Source: a virus (Duplodnaviria > Caudoviricetes). From it: a stretch of DNA of 64,000 nt. The DNA lies in the IMG/VR virus record IMGVR_UViG_3300020161_002395, positions 100,711 through 164,710 of that record, one strand, 5' to 3'. The notes beneath the pieces were generated by a model. That model was not told the origin of the DNA. It saw nothing but the letters and a program-made list of their open reading frames with translations, and did not search any database. Below, piece after piece: positions 47,374 to 58,570 of this stretch (positions are counted from its first letter, which is position 1; every line of letters begins with the position of its first letter). The position numbers and the translations under genes are program-made.

Positions 47374-49782
47374 ATGGCATTAATACCATTAAACACATTT
47401 AAAACAAAAACTGCAGTGTTAACCACACTGAAATATAACCAAGCAAGATGCGCTAGGGATACTGCTTTGATCATTGATTCAATTGCATATGATTTGATAT
47501 ATGGTGGAGACACACAATCTACATTTGCAGCTATTCAATATTGGGCACAGGGTGTTAGTAAAATTCCTGGTGATATTCCACAAACGTTGATTGCTATGGA
47601 ATATGCAAAAAAAATCATAGTTCAAATTTTAAATAATCAAACAATAACAAAATCTACAAGTAATACAATTACTCAACCTACTCCTGTTGCTCCACCAGCA
47701 TCAGCAGATGATATTAATATAGTTATTTCTGAATTTGATTTGATTATAGAAATAATTGAAAACGGTATCAGTGGAGTTACTGATAGAATTTCACCTAATC
47801 AATCGAGTGGTGTATCATCTCGTGCTGCAACTATTTTAGCTCAAAATAAAATTTTTATTCAAAATGAAATTGTAGCATATGTAAAAGATAACTTGATTGC
47901 TGCTGACTACACATACAATAAAACTGATTTTAAAAGAGATTTAAAAATCGTTATTGATTCAATTGTTTCTGATTTAAGATTTGGAGGAGATACACAGTCA
48001 ACATTTGCTGGATTACAATATTGGGCAATGGGCGCAACTGAAATTGCTAATGAATCATTACAAACACAAGCAGCAATATCTTATTTAAAAACTTTAGTTG
48101 GTAAAGTAATTTTAAATGAAACTATTGATAAAACTGAAACAAATACTCAATCACAGGTTATAAATATTACTAAGACTGGATCAACAACTAGTAAAACTAT
48201 TGCTGATTCATTATTCGATACTATTCTTGATATTTTAGCAGATGCGTCTGATGGTACTAGAACGCTAGATATCAATAGCCTTATTATTTCAAATTCTACA
48301 TTGACCACTGACATTGGATTTACAAATGCTTATCAAGCTATTATTTCCAATAAATTATTTTTACAAGAAGAAGTAGTTAAATGGATAGATGCTCAGACGG
48401 TTAGCCCATTTGATAACGTTGATTTCATAGCTGCATATGATGATGTAGCAGCTGATACTTGTTTCCGAGATGTTGGGTATATATTGGATTGTATTTGCTT
48501 TGATATGAAATATAGTGGGAACCGACAATCAATTCAAGCAGGGGTTTATTATAATGGATTTGACCAATCAGTTGGTGTGTTAACAGAAAAAACATTATAT
48601 ATTAATGCATATAAGTATTTAAAAAGAATAATTGGAGATGTAATCCAAGGATTTCCAATTACTACTGTATACCAAGCTGTTTATAAACAAGAATTATCAT
48701 TACCAGCTGGTGGATTGATACAAGCAAATGCTGCGATTAAAAATTTAAATCATATTATAGATATTATTGTTGATAATCCAACAACTATTGATAAAAAGCC
48801 AATTTCATTAAATCAACTAAATGATAAAATGTATGCAATATCAGCTGGTGCATTAATAACTAATGAAACATTTTTAATAGAGGAAATTGTTGCTTATATT
48901 GATAATATTAATAGCACTAATTTTGATTATCCTAATTCTAATCTATATGATAATACCAATAAATGTTTTAGAGATATGGGATATATTATTGATTGTATAT
49001 CATTCGATTTAACTCATGGTGGCAATAGACAAGCTATACAAGCAGGGGTGTATTATTATGGCCATTCCTCTACTGTATCTATTGTTCCAACTGAAAAAGC
49101 TGATACGTTAAATGCATATAATTATATGAGATATGTCATTGAGAATGTTTTAACATCTACATCTGAATTGGTATCTTCACTTAATTACCCAGCTGCTCCG
49201 TATCAAACAGAAGCACAAAAAGTTGCATTACCAGTATCTAGTACTACTGTATATAATACTGCAAGTGGTTTAATTACAACAATGAATGGAATTATTAATT
49301 CAGGACCACCATCCTCTTCACCAACCCCTATCAGTTTAACAAAAGCAACTGATACTAGTGGAGATTTAAACAAAGCATTTAATTTATTACAGGCAAATAA
49401 ACCGTATATAGTAGCAGAAGTAATTGGTTATATGAATTCATTAAAAACACCAAATACTACTAAAATTTATACTGCACCACCTGGTGTAACATCAATTGTA
49501 TTAATGGCTCAAGTTGCAAATGTAACTGATCATGATATAAACGTTACATTTGCACATTATCGTAATATTCCAGTATATGCAGATCCATCTACATTAAACG
49601 GTGCACAACCTGGTGATACTATAACAGAATTAGTTGATGGGTTTAGTGTTCCAGCAAATGATTCAGCATCCTTAATTCAGGGAAAAATGATTATCGAAAG
49701 TTTCGATAGTATTATAGCTTATGCCAGTGAAGGTGCTGGTTTAAAAGTTACACTTAGCATATTAGAGACCGCCAATGCCTAA
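47374..49782 (+). CDS. Virion protein with four helical (C/F)xRD...G(D/N) repeats
   Basis: Repeats read in the translation; small beta-domain at the C-terminus. Confidence 0.65.
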   Translation: MALIPLNTFKTKTAVLTTLKYNQARCARDTALIIDSIAYDLIYGGDTQSTFAAIQYWAQGVSKIPGDIPQTLIAMEYAKKIIVQILNNQTITKSTSNTITQPTPVAPPASADDINIVISEFDLIIEIIENGISGVTDRISPNQSSGVSSRAATILAQNKIFIQNEIVAYVKDNLIAADYTYNKTDFKRDLKIVIDSIVSDLRFGGDTQSTFAGLQYWAMGATEIANESLQTQAAISYLKTLVGKVILNETIDKTETNTQSQVINITKTGSTTSKTIADSLFDTILDILADASDGTRTLDINSLIISNSTLTTDIGFTNAYQAIISNKLFLQEEVVKWIDAQTVSPFDNVDFIAAYDDVAADTCFRDVGYILDCICFDMKYSGNRQSIQAGVYYNGFDQSVGVLTEKTLYINAYKYLKRIIGDVIQGFPITTVYQAVYKQELSLPAGGLIQANAAIKNLNHIIDIIVDNPTTIDKKPISLNQLNDKMYAISAGALITNETFLIEEIVAYIDNINSTNFDYPNSNLYDNTNKCFRDMGYIIDCISFDLTHGGNRQAIQAGVYYYGHSSTVSIVPTEKADTLNAYNYMRYVIENVLTSTSELVSSLNYPAAPYQTEAQKVALPVSSTTVYNTASGLITTMNGIINSGPPSSSPTPISLTKATDTSGDLNKAFNLLQANKPYIVAEVIGYMNSLKTPNTTKIYTAPPGVTSIVLMAQVANVTDHDINVTFAHYRNIPVYADPSTLNGAQPGDTITELVDGFSVPANDSASLIQGKMIIESFDSIIAYASEGAGLKVTLSILETANA

Positions 49783-52700
49783 ATTATTAAGTAATAGAGT
49801 AAAAGCAACCCCATCGGAACAATTATCACCATCTAGATATCAATACGTTGAATTAAACCAAGCGCAGCCAGCACTTGGTACACCATTGACTGATAAAAGT
49901 GTTCTACTGGCCAATATAGATGGTACTACGGAATGGGTACCACAAGATGTTATTACCGTAAATGTAGTACCAAATAAAAATACAATTTATGTATCAAAAA
50001 GTGGTAGTGATAGTAATGTTGGAAATTCAATTTCATCAACAAAATTAACTATTAAAGGTGCGTTAAATGCAGCAACTTCTGGTACTTCTATAATAATTTA
50101 TGCTGGTGATTATACTGAGGTAAATCCATTAATAATACCAGAAAATGTTTCCATTATTGGACAAGATGAAAGAGTTAATGTTATACCAAAAAATATAACA
50201 CAAGATGTATTCAAACTTAATAGTGGTTCATCAATAGATGGTATTACAGTAGTAAATCATAAGTACCCAAGTTTTGCATTCAGTCTTAAAAGTACTGTTA
50301 ATATTAAAATATCACCTACAATTAATAATTGTTCTAGTATTACAGGACCATTCTTAGCAGATGGTACATTATTTGTACCATATGTAACAGTCCAAAACAG
50401 TTCAATAACACCTGGTGCAAGCCCATTGCTAGATGCCGATGTACCTGATGTTAATAAAAGAATTAATATCACAGGTGCTGGTGGTGGTATATTCATAGAT
50501 GGTAGTGAAATAATTTCTCAATCATTGTATAAAAATGTAATAGTTGATCAGTTCATTTCTTCTAATCAAGGTGGAATTGGTGTCCATGCTACTAATAATG
50601 CTACAATAATTATACAAAATAGTATTTCTAAATTTTGTACAGTAGGTTTTAAAGCAACCAATGGTGGTTATATAGATTTAACATCATGTACTACTGAATA
50701 TGGTACATATGGAATAGTTAGTGATGGATATTATTCAACACCATATATTGATTCTGGAATAATTTCTACATCACAGTTTAGTAGTGTAAGTAATATTTCT
50801 ATAACAAATCAGGGTACAGGATACAGCAGTAATCCATCTGTGGTAGTTGGTACCCAATGGACAACTGGTGGGACAGTTGCTACTCATAGTCAAATTTTTT
50901 ATGGTTCAAATTTATATTTTGTAATGACAGGTGGCGTGTTGGGATCTATAGCCCCAACCTTTACAAATAACACCCCAACTGCGAATGGTACTGCAACGTT
51001 AATATATACTGGTACGGCTGCTACCGCAACTGCTATAATGAGTGGCGGGAAAATAACAAATATAGCATTTACAACTGGTAGTGGATATACAAGTATACCA
51101 ACTATTACTATTGTTGGAAGTCATACAATACTCGCAGAAGCAAGCGCTGAATTGACTGGTATATCGTTAGTGGCAGTTGGAAATATTACTAAAAAACCAT
51201 TAGTAAGTACGTTAATATCATTCCAATATAATCCAAATTATTATTATATAACAGATGCTACTGATATAGTTGGCACTAATTCGAACATAAAAGTATCACC
51301 AGAATTATATTATGTGTTAGGAAATTATACTGCATCAGTATATTATGAAAGTAGAATTATTGCAAATGGTCATACATCAAAATATATAGGAGCAGGAACA
51401 ACATTAAACGCTTTAGCAACTAACACTGGTAAACCAATATATGCAAATGAAACGGTCGAATCAAACCATGGTAAAATATTTTATGCTGGTGTTAATGAAA
51501 CTGGGTTATATAAAATTGGTGAAATTTTTACTGTAGATAATATTACAGGAGTTACATCTGTAAATTCAAATGTATTCGATCTAACCAATGTTAGTGCAAT
51601 AGGTCCATTGAATCGAAGTGGTGTAATTTCTGGTGTTCAGTTAAGAGAAATAAGTGATGATGTAACATTAACAGCAACCACTGGTATACGTGATAGTTTC
51701 ACTGCCCCTACCCAACATGCTGTATATACATTTTTACAAAATAATTACTTATCATTGACAGGTGGTACTGTTACAGGAACTACTAATATAAATGATTTAA
51801 TATTGTCAAGTAATGGCATTACTACCAAAAATACAAATCAGAATTTAATTCTAAATCCAATTGGCACTGGTAATATAGACGTTTCAGCTAGTAGAATCAT
51901 TAATGCCTCATCCCCAACTAACAGCACTGATCTTGCAACAAAGGGTTATGTTGATGATGCGGTATCAGGTGCTGGGACTACATACCCATCGTTTAATATA
52001 GGTGATTTTTATATTCATAGTGATATAATTGAAAATTCTAATACAAATGGGAATATCACATTAACAACCACTGGTACTGGTCAAACTGTTATTACATCAG
52101 TAGTTGATAGTTCAAGCACTGGCACAGGCGCTTTGGTGATTAATGGTGGGGTTGGTATTGGGAAGAACTTGAATGTTGCAGAAGATGTATACGCTACTAC
52201 ATTCCATGGTGATTTAGATGGAGCTGCAACAACTGCTGCAACTGTTACCACTGCTGCTCAGACTAATATTACATCAGTTGGCATATTAACCGGATTACAA
52301 GTAGATAATATTAATATTAATGATAATACCATAAAAAACACCAGTTTAAATTCTAATTTAATTTTGGGAGCTACTGGAACTGGTGATGTTATTCCTGAAG
52401 TAAATAATTCTATTGATTTTGGTTCAAATACTTATACATGGAAAAAGGGATATTTTACGAATATTTCAGGTACGCTTGATACAGCAGCCCAGCCAAATAT
52501 TACTTCATTATCATCTAATGTTAAAATATTTGACAACACATTTGGATTAACACCAACACTTGATATCGGATTTACTAATAGTAACAAGTTTGAAATATCA
52601 ACCTTTCAAACTAGTAGTTCATTAACATATACAAAATTTGTCAATTTTAGTTCTGGTACAAATAGTAATTATTTTGAATTCCATCCTGATCAAAATTTAG

Positions 52701-53650
52701 AACTAACTATTGCACATGACCTGGTTACAGTTGAACATAGTTTGCGTGTAAAAAATAACTTAGTAATTGATAACCCTATATTAAATTTAGGGTTGGATAC
52801 CACTGATATTTTAACAACAAATGATTTTGGAATTTCATTTAAAAACAATTATAACTTGTTTTCATATGTTACTAGTATTGATATCACATCAACTGGTACA
52901 GTTAATACAGTTATTATTAATCTGAACGATACTGTTGCAAATGTTAATATAACAACTAACGATACAATTCACATTGCTGGTGCAAATTTAGCTGGGATTA
53001 ATGGTACATGGCAGGTGACTGTTGCAAACCCAACTTCATTAAATGTTACGATTAATGTGACAACACAAATACCAGCTACTACATATGTAGATCATCCATC
53101 TGTTATACTATTAAATAAAATTGGATTTTTTGGATACAACCATTCAAATGATTCATTTACATTTATCCCAGATGCTCAAATAAGTAGCAACGATGTAACT
53201 GGCTCTACTGGAACAATTAACGCAAAGATTAACAGTGATAAAGTAACAATTACATCTGGTACACTGGATAATGTTGTTATTGGTAATACTACTGCAAATA
53301 CTGGTAAATTTACTAATGTAATATCAGATCAACTTACTGCTAAATCAACCATATCAGTATCTAATTCAATTGGAACAGGTGTGATGTTAGATGTTTTTAA
53401 TAAAACAGAAATTGATTCAGCAAAGTATGTAATAAAAATTAAAAATAATACAAATAATAATATAACAGTGCAAGAATTTTTGTTAGTACAAGATACAATC
53501 GATATTTATATGACAGAATATGCTGTTATTAATACCGGTGCACCATTTGGAGTTTTATCAGGTAGTTTTGATGGAAATAATGTAAATGTAATATTTACAC
53601 CTGATACTAACGATAGTATCTCTATAAAATTAATAAAATTTTACGCCTAA
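49775..53650 (+). CDS. Fibre/appendage protein, paralogous to 42862-47361
   Basis: 'IYVSKSGSDSNVG...TIKGA...GDYTEVNPL', 'DLATKGYVD', 'GALVINGGVGIGKNL', C-terminal SAKY..MTEYA domain. Confidence 0.65.
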   Translation: MPKLLSNRVKATPSEQLSPSRYQYVELNQAQPALGTPLTDKSVLLANIDGTTEWVPQDVITVNVVPNKNTIYVSKSGSDSNVGNSISSTKLTIKGALNAATSGTSIIIYAGDYTEVNPLIIPENVSIIGQDERVNVIPKNITQDVFKLNSGSSIDGITVVNHKYPSFAFSLKSTVNIKISPTINNCSSITGPFLADGTLFVPYVTVQNSSITPGASPLLDADVPDVNKRINITGAGGGIFIDGSEIISQSLYKNVIVDQFISSNQGGIGVHATNNATIIIQNSISKFCTVGFKATNGGYIDLTSCTTEYGTYGIVSDGYYSTPYIDSGIISTSQFSSVSNISITNQGTGYSSNPSVVVGTQWTTGGTVATHSQIFYGSNLYFVMTGGVLGSIAPTFTNNTPTANGTATLIYTGTAATATAIMSGGKITNIAFTTGSGYTSIPTITIVGSHTILAEASAELTGISLVAVGNITKKPLVSTLISFQYNPNYYYITDATDIVGTNSNIKVSPELYYVLGNYTASVYYESRIIANGHTSKYIGAGTTLNALATNTGKPIYANETVESNHGKIFYAGVNETGLYKIGEIFTVDNITGVTSVNSNVFDLTNVSAIGPLNRSGVISGVQLREISDDVTLTATTGIRDSFTAPTQHAVYTFLQNNYLSLTGGTVTGTTNINDLILSSNGITTKNTNQNLILNPIGTGNIDVSASRIINASSPTNSTDLATKGYVDDAVSGAGTTYPSFNIGDFYIHSDIIENSNTNGNITLTTTGTGQTVITSVVDSSSTGTGALVINGGVGIGKNLNVAEDVYATTFHGDLDGAATTAATVTTAAQTNITSVGILTGLQVDNININDNTIKNTSLNSNLILGATGTGDVIPEVNNSIDFGSNTYTWKKGYFTNISGTLDTAAQPNITSLSSNVKIFDNTFGLTPTLDIGFTNSNKFEISTFQTSSSLTYTKFVNFSSGTNSNYFEFHPDQNLELTIAHDLVTVEHSLRVKNNLVIDNPILNLGLDTTDILTTNDFGISFKNNYNLFSYVTSIDITSTGTVNTVIINLNDTVANVNITTNDTIHIAGANLAGINGTWQVTVANPTSLNVTINVTTQIPATTYVDHPSVILLNKIGFFGYNHSNDSFTFIPDAQISSNDVTGSTGTINAKINSDKVTITSGTLDNVVIGNTTANTGKFTNVISDQLTAKSTISVSNSIGTGVMLDVFNKTEIDSAKYVIKIKNNTNNNITVQEFLLVQDTIDIYMTEYAVINTGAPFGVLSGSFDGNNVNVIFTPDTNDSISIKLIKFYA

Positions 53651-53675
53651 ATAGACATATAGGAGATTTTAAAAG

Positions 53676-56600
53676 ATGTCAACAACAAATAAACAATTTC
53701 TAACACGAGCAGGTGTAAATTTACCAGCCGGGTCAAATACCCAGGCACCGTTAATATTTCAAACTGGTACTAACTTATCTACACCTGCATTAGGTGCGAT
53801 GGAATGGGATGGCTATAACTTATCTATCACAGAATATTCATCAAATGGTACTAGTAATGCAATACCTGCATCGACAGTAAGAAGAACTATTGCTTATAAT
53901 GATTCGACCATTTTACCAAAAGTTGATACACTGACCGCCAATGGTACTACACAAGGCACAACTACTGCTAAAATTGTCAATGACGTTGTATACGTTTCTG
54001 GTGCATCAGTATCAACTGGTCCTGGATATAATGGCGTAATATTACCACCAGCAGTCCCAGGTAGAAAAGTTACTATTATTAATATAAGCACTAATCCAAT
54101 TAATATTTGGCCATATCCTGCAGTGTCTGATTTAACAGGCGTTAGTTCAAATGGAACTGTATTAACAGTTGGATCGACTGCAAACTTATACCCTGGTATG
54201 ATTTTAACTAATTCAAATTTTGTTGACAGTACCGCGAAAATTATTAGTATTACCGGTAATACAACAATAGTTATTGACACTGTTCCTACTACTGCATTAG
54301 CAGGTGCAACAGTATCTATATCAAATGCAGGAACAGGAAGAATTAATGGAAGCGCTGATAATCAGGCATATGCATTAGACAAATCATCATCCATTGAAGT
54401 GATCGCCTATGATTCTACTTATTGGTATACATTGGCTGCAACTCCTCTTCAAGCATCAGGGGTTAGTACTACTACTTACACTCTAGGTGATTTAATTGTT
54501 GCAAATGGAACTACAACATTAGGAGTAATTAATGATATTGCCATCGGTAATGTATTATTATCAGGTGGTGTTGGTGCATCACCAACGTATGGTAAAGTTA
54601 ATTTAACCACTCATATTACTGGAATTTTACCAGTTGCAAATGGTGGTACAGGCACTAATGGATCAGGTTTATTAGCATCTGGTACTTCTTATGATATCGT
54701 TAACACGGGTGTTACATCATTAAATATTGGTGGAGCAGCTACTTCTATCAATATTGGTGCAGCAACTGGAACAACAACTATTAATAATGATTTAACTGTT
54801 GCAGGTAACTTGGTAGTTGGCGGTGATCAAGTTATTAATAACACAACCAATGTTGCAATCGAGGATACTGTATTTGAAATGAATCATCCAGCAACCGGGT
54901 GGTTAACAGCTGATTCTGGGCTTGATGTTGGTACGAAATTTGACTGGTATAAATCGGCTGGAAATCAAGTTATTGTTACAGGTGGTTCATCAACTGGTAC
55001 TACATGCACCTTAAATGTACCTATATTCATTTCAGCTGGAACAATGATTACAATAGCTGGAGTAGCACCATCTTCTTTTAATGGTACATTTGTTGTAACT
55101 AGTTCAACTTCTGGTGCATCACCAACACTTACTTATACATCTGGTACTGCATATACAGGTGCTGTGACAACATCTGGTGCGTTGGGTAGTATAACTAAAG
55201 TGGTTAACTTTACTGGTCCAGCTATTACTAGTTTTACATGGACCTCGAATGTAATCACAGTGTCATATACCGGGCCAGCACTACCATTTGCTACAGTAGT
55301 ATCTCCTACGTATTCATCATCTACGAATATTATCACCCATTCTGGAGCTGTAGTTGTATATCCTGGTATGTACTTAGTTGGTGAAAATATTACAGCTGGT
55401 ACATATATTCTTAATGTTACCGATAGTACACATTTTACAACTAATATTAAACCAACTGGTGCTAACTCAGGGTCTATTACTGCGTCCGCCCGAGTAACTA
55501 TTACAGGTACTACAAGTTATAATGGAACATATACACTAGCAGATGCATCTGCTAATAGTTTTACTATTTCAAAATCAGGGTCGGCAGCAGCTGAAAATTC
55601 TGGTACATTTACATTCGATGGTAGATATGCATTTGGTGGTTGGGCCAATGATTCGCAAGCATTTGAATATTATAAAGAAGGTGAAGAAGCTACATCTGGT
55701 GTATTTTCTGGAATATACGGAAATATAAAAGCAGCTCAATTCCAAACCCCCTCATCGACCTTGAGTCTTGTTAATTCTGATATTACTGCTGGTATATCAT
55801 TAAAAATACCAACTAATACTGTTTATGATATTGATAGTTCAACGAGCGCAACTGTTGGCCAAGGATCAGTGATTAGTATTGGGCAACAAACCGTAGCAGC
55901 TAAAAATGCAACTGTTAATTATACTAATTTAGCATCATTATATATCGCCAATGCACCAACTACCGGTTCTAATGTCACTGGTATTAATAAATATGCAATT
56001 CAAGTGGCAGCCGGTGATACATTATTGGGTGGTGATTTAGCAGTTAATGGTGGAGACATCACTACAAATCAATCCACATTTAATTTATTAAATACCACTG
56101 CAACAACTGTCAATGCATTTGGTGCTGGTACAACTGTAAAAATTGCAACACCTGGTACTACTGGTTCTACTGCAACCACTGTTGAACTTAGTAATAACAC
56201 TACCGGTGCAACTACTTTTAATGTTGGTACTGCATCTAACTCAGCATCAACATTTACATTTGGTGGTGGAATAACTACTGGTACTAACACTATTAAAATT
56301 GGTGCAGGTACTAGTGGAGGAACTGTTGCATTTGATTCTGGATTAGCATCTGCTACTGCTACATTGTTTGCATCAACAACTGGTACAGTTAAAGTAGCTG
56401 AGGTTTCAACAGCACTAACTTTACAAAATACAACTACTAGTGCTACAACTTTAAATATCGCAACTGCAACTGTTAGTAACAATAATACATTAACATATGG
56501 TGGTGCAGGCACATCTGGTACAAATAAAATTGTTCTTAATTCAGGTGGTGCAAATATTGTTTCATTAGATGCAGGAAATGCTGGTGCAACTGGTAATATA

Positions 56601-58484
56601 TTCCCAATCATTACTGGTGATATCAATATCGGCGGTGCAGCGGTGGATGTTAATATTGGTACAACTGCTGGTAACTCTATATTAGAGATTCGTGGTAATG
56701 CTACATCAGGTACTACTACTATTAGAACTAATAGTGGTGTTACAACTGCAAGTGTTTTTGATACTCATGCAACAACAGGATCAATATTCAATGCTGCACC
56801 AGTTATTAGTATTGGTAATACCATTGCTGCAGTTACTACTACTGCTAGAGCATTAAATATTTTCACTTCAACCCCAACCACTACCACTACAAGTCAATCA
56901 ACCTTGACATTTGGTGCACCAGTCACTTCTGGTACTAATAAAATTGTAATCGGTGCTGGCGCTGGTGCAACCGTTGCATTTGATTCTGGATTAGCATCTG
57001 CTATTGCTACATTGTTTGCTACATCAACTGGTACAGTAAAAGTAGCTGAGTCTTCAACAGCACTAACTTTACAAAATACAACTACTAGTGCTACAACTTT
57101 AATTATTGCTGGTGCAACTGCTAATAACAATAATACATTAACATATGGTGGTGCTGCAACCTCAGCAACTAACAAAATTGTTATCAATTCTGGTAATGGT
57201 GGTATTACTACATTAGATGCAGGAAATTCTGGTGCAACTGGTAATATATTCCCAACTATCACAGGAACTGTAAATTATTCTACATTAGCTACTACTGTTG
57301 CTATTGCAAATACTACAGCATCTGCTGTTACTGTTAATATTGCAACAGCTGCAACCAATGCAGGATCAACATTAACATTCGGTGGTGCTGTTACTGGTAA
57401 TACATTAAAAATTAAAAGCACAACCGCTGGTACTGTTAATTTAACAACAGATGTTACAACCGGTTCTGCAAATATATTCACTAGTGTTACTGGTACTATT
57501 ACACTTGGTGCATCAACCATTGCAACAGGTGGAACTGGTGTAGTGAAATTGGGCGCTTCACCAAGTCAAGCTGCTACTGGAACTGAGGTTGTTACAGCAG
57601 ACTGGGTTATTAATAATGTCGGTGCAATTAATTCAGTTGTTACTGATTTAGGTTCATCGATAACTGCTAATCAAGTGATCGATACAACTACATCAGGTGC
57701 AGGGGTATTCACAACATCTAACTATCGTTCTGCAAAATATATTGTTCAAGCAACGCAATATGGTTCTACTTCATCAAGAACACAGTCTTCTGAAATCTTA
57801 GTAACTCATGATGCTCCATTTGTAACTACAACTGGATTTGCTGGTAGTGCTACTGGTGCAACTAGTGTTACATTAAGTAATGCATCCGCTGCTGCATATT
57901 ATGGTTTATATATTGGTATGACTGTTTCAATTTATACAGTTAGTGGTTCTGATGTAATTTCAGGAGGTACTGGTACTATTACTTCAATAACACCTGGTAC
58001 ATCTATGGTAATTTCAACTTCAAGTGGTAATACTACGATTACAACTGGTACAGTGTTGAAAGCATATGTAACCAATCCAATTTTCTCTGGAACAATTTCA
58101 ACCACTGCTGCTGCTATTACTGCAGTAACAACCACGACTGGTGTATTATATCCAGGAATGCAATTTGTATACAGTACCGTTACTTATACTGTAACTTCTA
58201 TATCAACAAATGGCACAACTGTTACTGGAACATTATCAGCATCGCCTGGTAATTTAGCTAGTGTTTCAATTACTGGAAAAGTGAATATTTGGATGACTGA
58301 ATATGCAGTTTTAGAAACTAATGGAACAGTTTCAACTATAACCGCTGATATTAATGCATCTTCGCCATATAATATTAGACTGTATGCTTCACCATTAACC
58401 TCTAATACTGTCAATGGTATTGGAATTGGAACATTACGAAAAACAATATTCAAAATAGAAAAGGAATTAATTGAGCTTGCTTGA
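53676..58484 (+). CDS. Long tail-fibre-like protein (Thr/Gly/Ala-rich)
   Basis: 'LPVANGGTG', 'INIGAATGTTT' repeats, C-terminal SAKY..MTEYA domain. Confidence 0.7.
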   Translation: MSTTNKQFLTRAGVNLPAGSNTQAPLIFQTGTNLSTPALGAMEWDGYNLSITEYSSNGTSNAIPASTVRRTIAYNDSTILPKVDTLTANGTTQGTTTAKIVNDVVYVSGASVSTGPGYNGVILPPAVPGRKVTIINISTNPINIWPYPAVSDLTGVSSNGTVLTVGSTANLYPGMILTNSNFVDSTAKIISITGNTTIVIDTVPTTALAGATVSISNAGTGRINGSADNQAYALDKSSSIEVIAYDSTYWYTLAATPLQASGVSTTTYTLGDLIVANGTTTLGVINDIAIGNVLLSGGVGASPTYGKVNLTTHITGILPVANGGTGTNGSGLLASGTSYDIVNTGVTSLNIGGAATSINIGAATGTTTINNDLTVAGNLVVGGDQVINNTTNVAIEDTVFEMNHPATGWLTADSGLDVGTKFDWYKSAGNQVIVTGGSSTGTTCTLNVPIFISAGTMITIAGVAPSSFNGTFVVTSSTSGASPTLTYTSGTAYTGAVTTSGALGSITKVVNFTGPAITSFTWTSNVITVSYTGPALPFATVVSPTYSSSTNIITHSGAVVVYPGMYLVGENITAGTYILNVTDSTHFTTNIKPTGANSGSITASARVTITGTTSYNGTYTLADASANSFTISKSGSAAAENSGTFTFDGRYAFGGWANDSQAFEYYKEGEEATSGVFSGIYGNIKAAQFQTPSSTLSLVNSDITAGISLKIPTNTVYDIDSSTSATVGQGSVISIGQQTVAAKNATVNYTNLASLYIANAPTTGSNVTGINKYAIQVAAGDTLLGGDLAVNGGDITTNQSTFNLLNTTATTVNAFGAGTTVKIATPGTTGSTATTVELSNNTTGATTFNVGTASNSASTFTFGGGITTGTNTIKIGAGTSGGTVAFDSGLASATATLFASTTGTVKVAEVSTALTLQNTTTSATTLNIATATVSNNNTLTYGGAGTSGTNKIVLNSGGANIVSLDAGNAGATGNIFPIITGDINIGGAAVDVNIGTTAGNSILEIRGNATSGTTTIRTNSGVTTASVFDTHATTGSIFNAAPVISIGNTIAAVTTTARALNIFTSTPTTTTTSQSTLTFGAPVTSGTNKIVIGAGAGATVAFDSGLASAIATLFATSTGTVKVAESSTALTLQNTTTSATTLIIAGATANNNNTLTYGGAATSATNKIVINSGNGGITTLDAGNSGATGNIFPTITGTVNYSTLATTVAIANTTASAVTVNIATAATNAGSTLTFGGAVTGNTLKIKSTTAGTVNLTTDVTTGSANIFTSVTGTITLGASTIATGGTGVVKLGASPSQAATGTEVVTADWVINNVGAINSVVTDLGSSITANQVIDTTTSGAGVFTTSNYRSAKYIVQATQYGSTSSRTQSSEILVTHDAPFVTTTGFAGSATGATSVTLSNASAAAYYGLYIGMTVSIYTVSGSDVISGGTGTITSITPGTSMVISTSSGNTTITTGTVLKAYVTNPIFSGTISTTAAAITAVTTTTGVLYPGMQFVYSTVTYTVTSISTNGTTVTGTLSASPGNLASVSITGKVNIWMTEYAVLETNGTVSTITADINASSPYNIRLYASPLTSNTVNGIGIGTLRKTIFKIEKELIELA
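56270..57260 (+). repeat. Internal duplication (~330 bp, ~650 bp apart) in the fibre gene
   Basis: 'VAFDSGLASA.ATLFA..TGTVKVAE.STALTLQNTTTSATTL...NNNTLTYGGA...DAGN.GATGNIFP' occurs twice with near-identical DNA. Boundaries approximate. Confidence 0.8.
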
Positions 58485-58506
58485 TAAAACCATTTAACTG
58501 AAAAAG

Positions 58507-58538
58507 AAGGGCTGATGTTCAGCCCTTTTTTATAAATA
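58507..58538 (+). terminator. Terminator fused to a perfect T4 late promoter
   Basis: AAGGGCTGA-TGT-TCAGCCCTT-TTT, then TATAAATA at 58531-38. Confidence 0.8.
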
Positions 58539-58570
58539 CAGTATACAAATTTTGTGGATAGGGAAACAAA

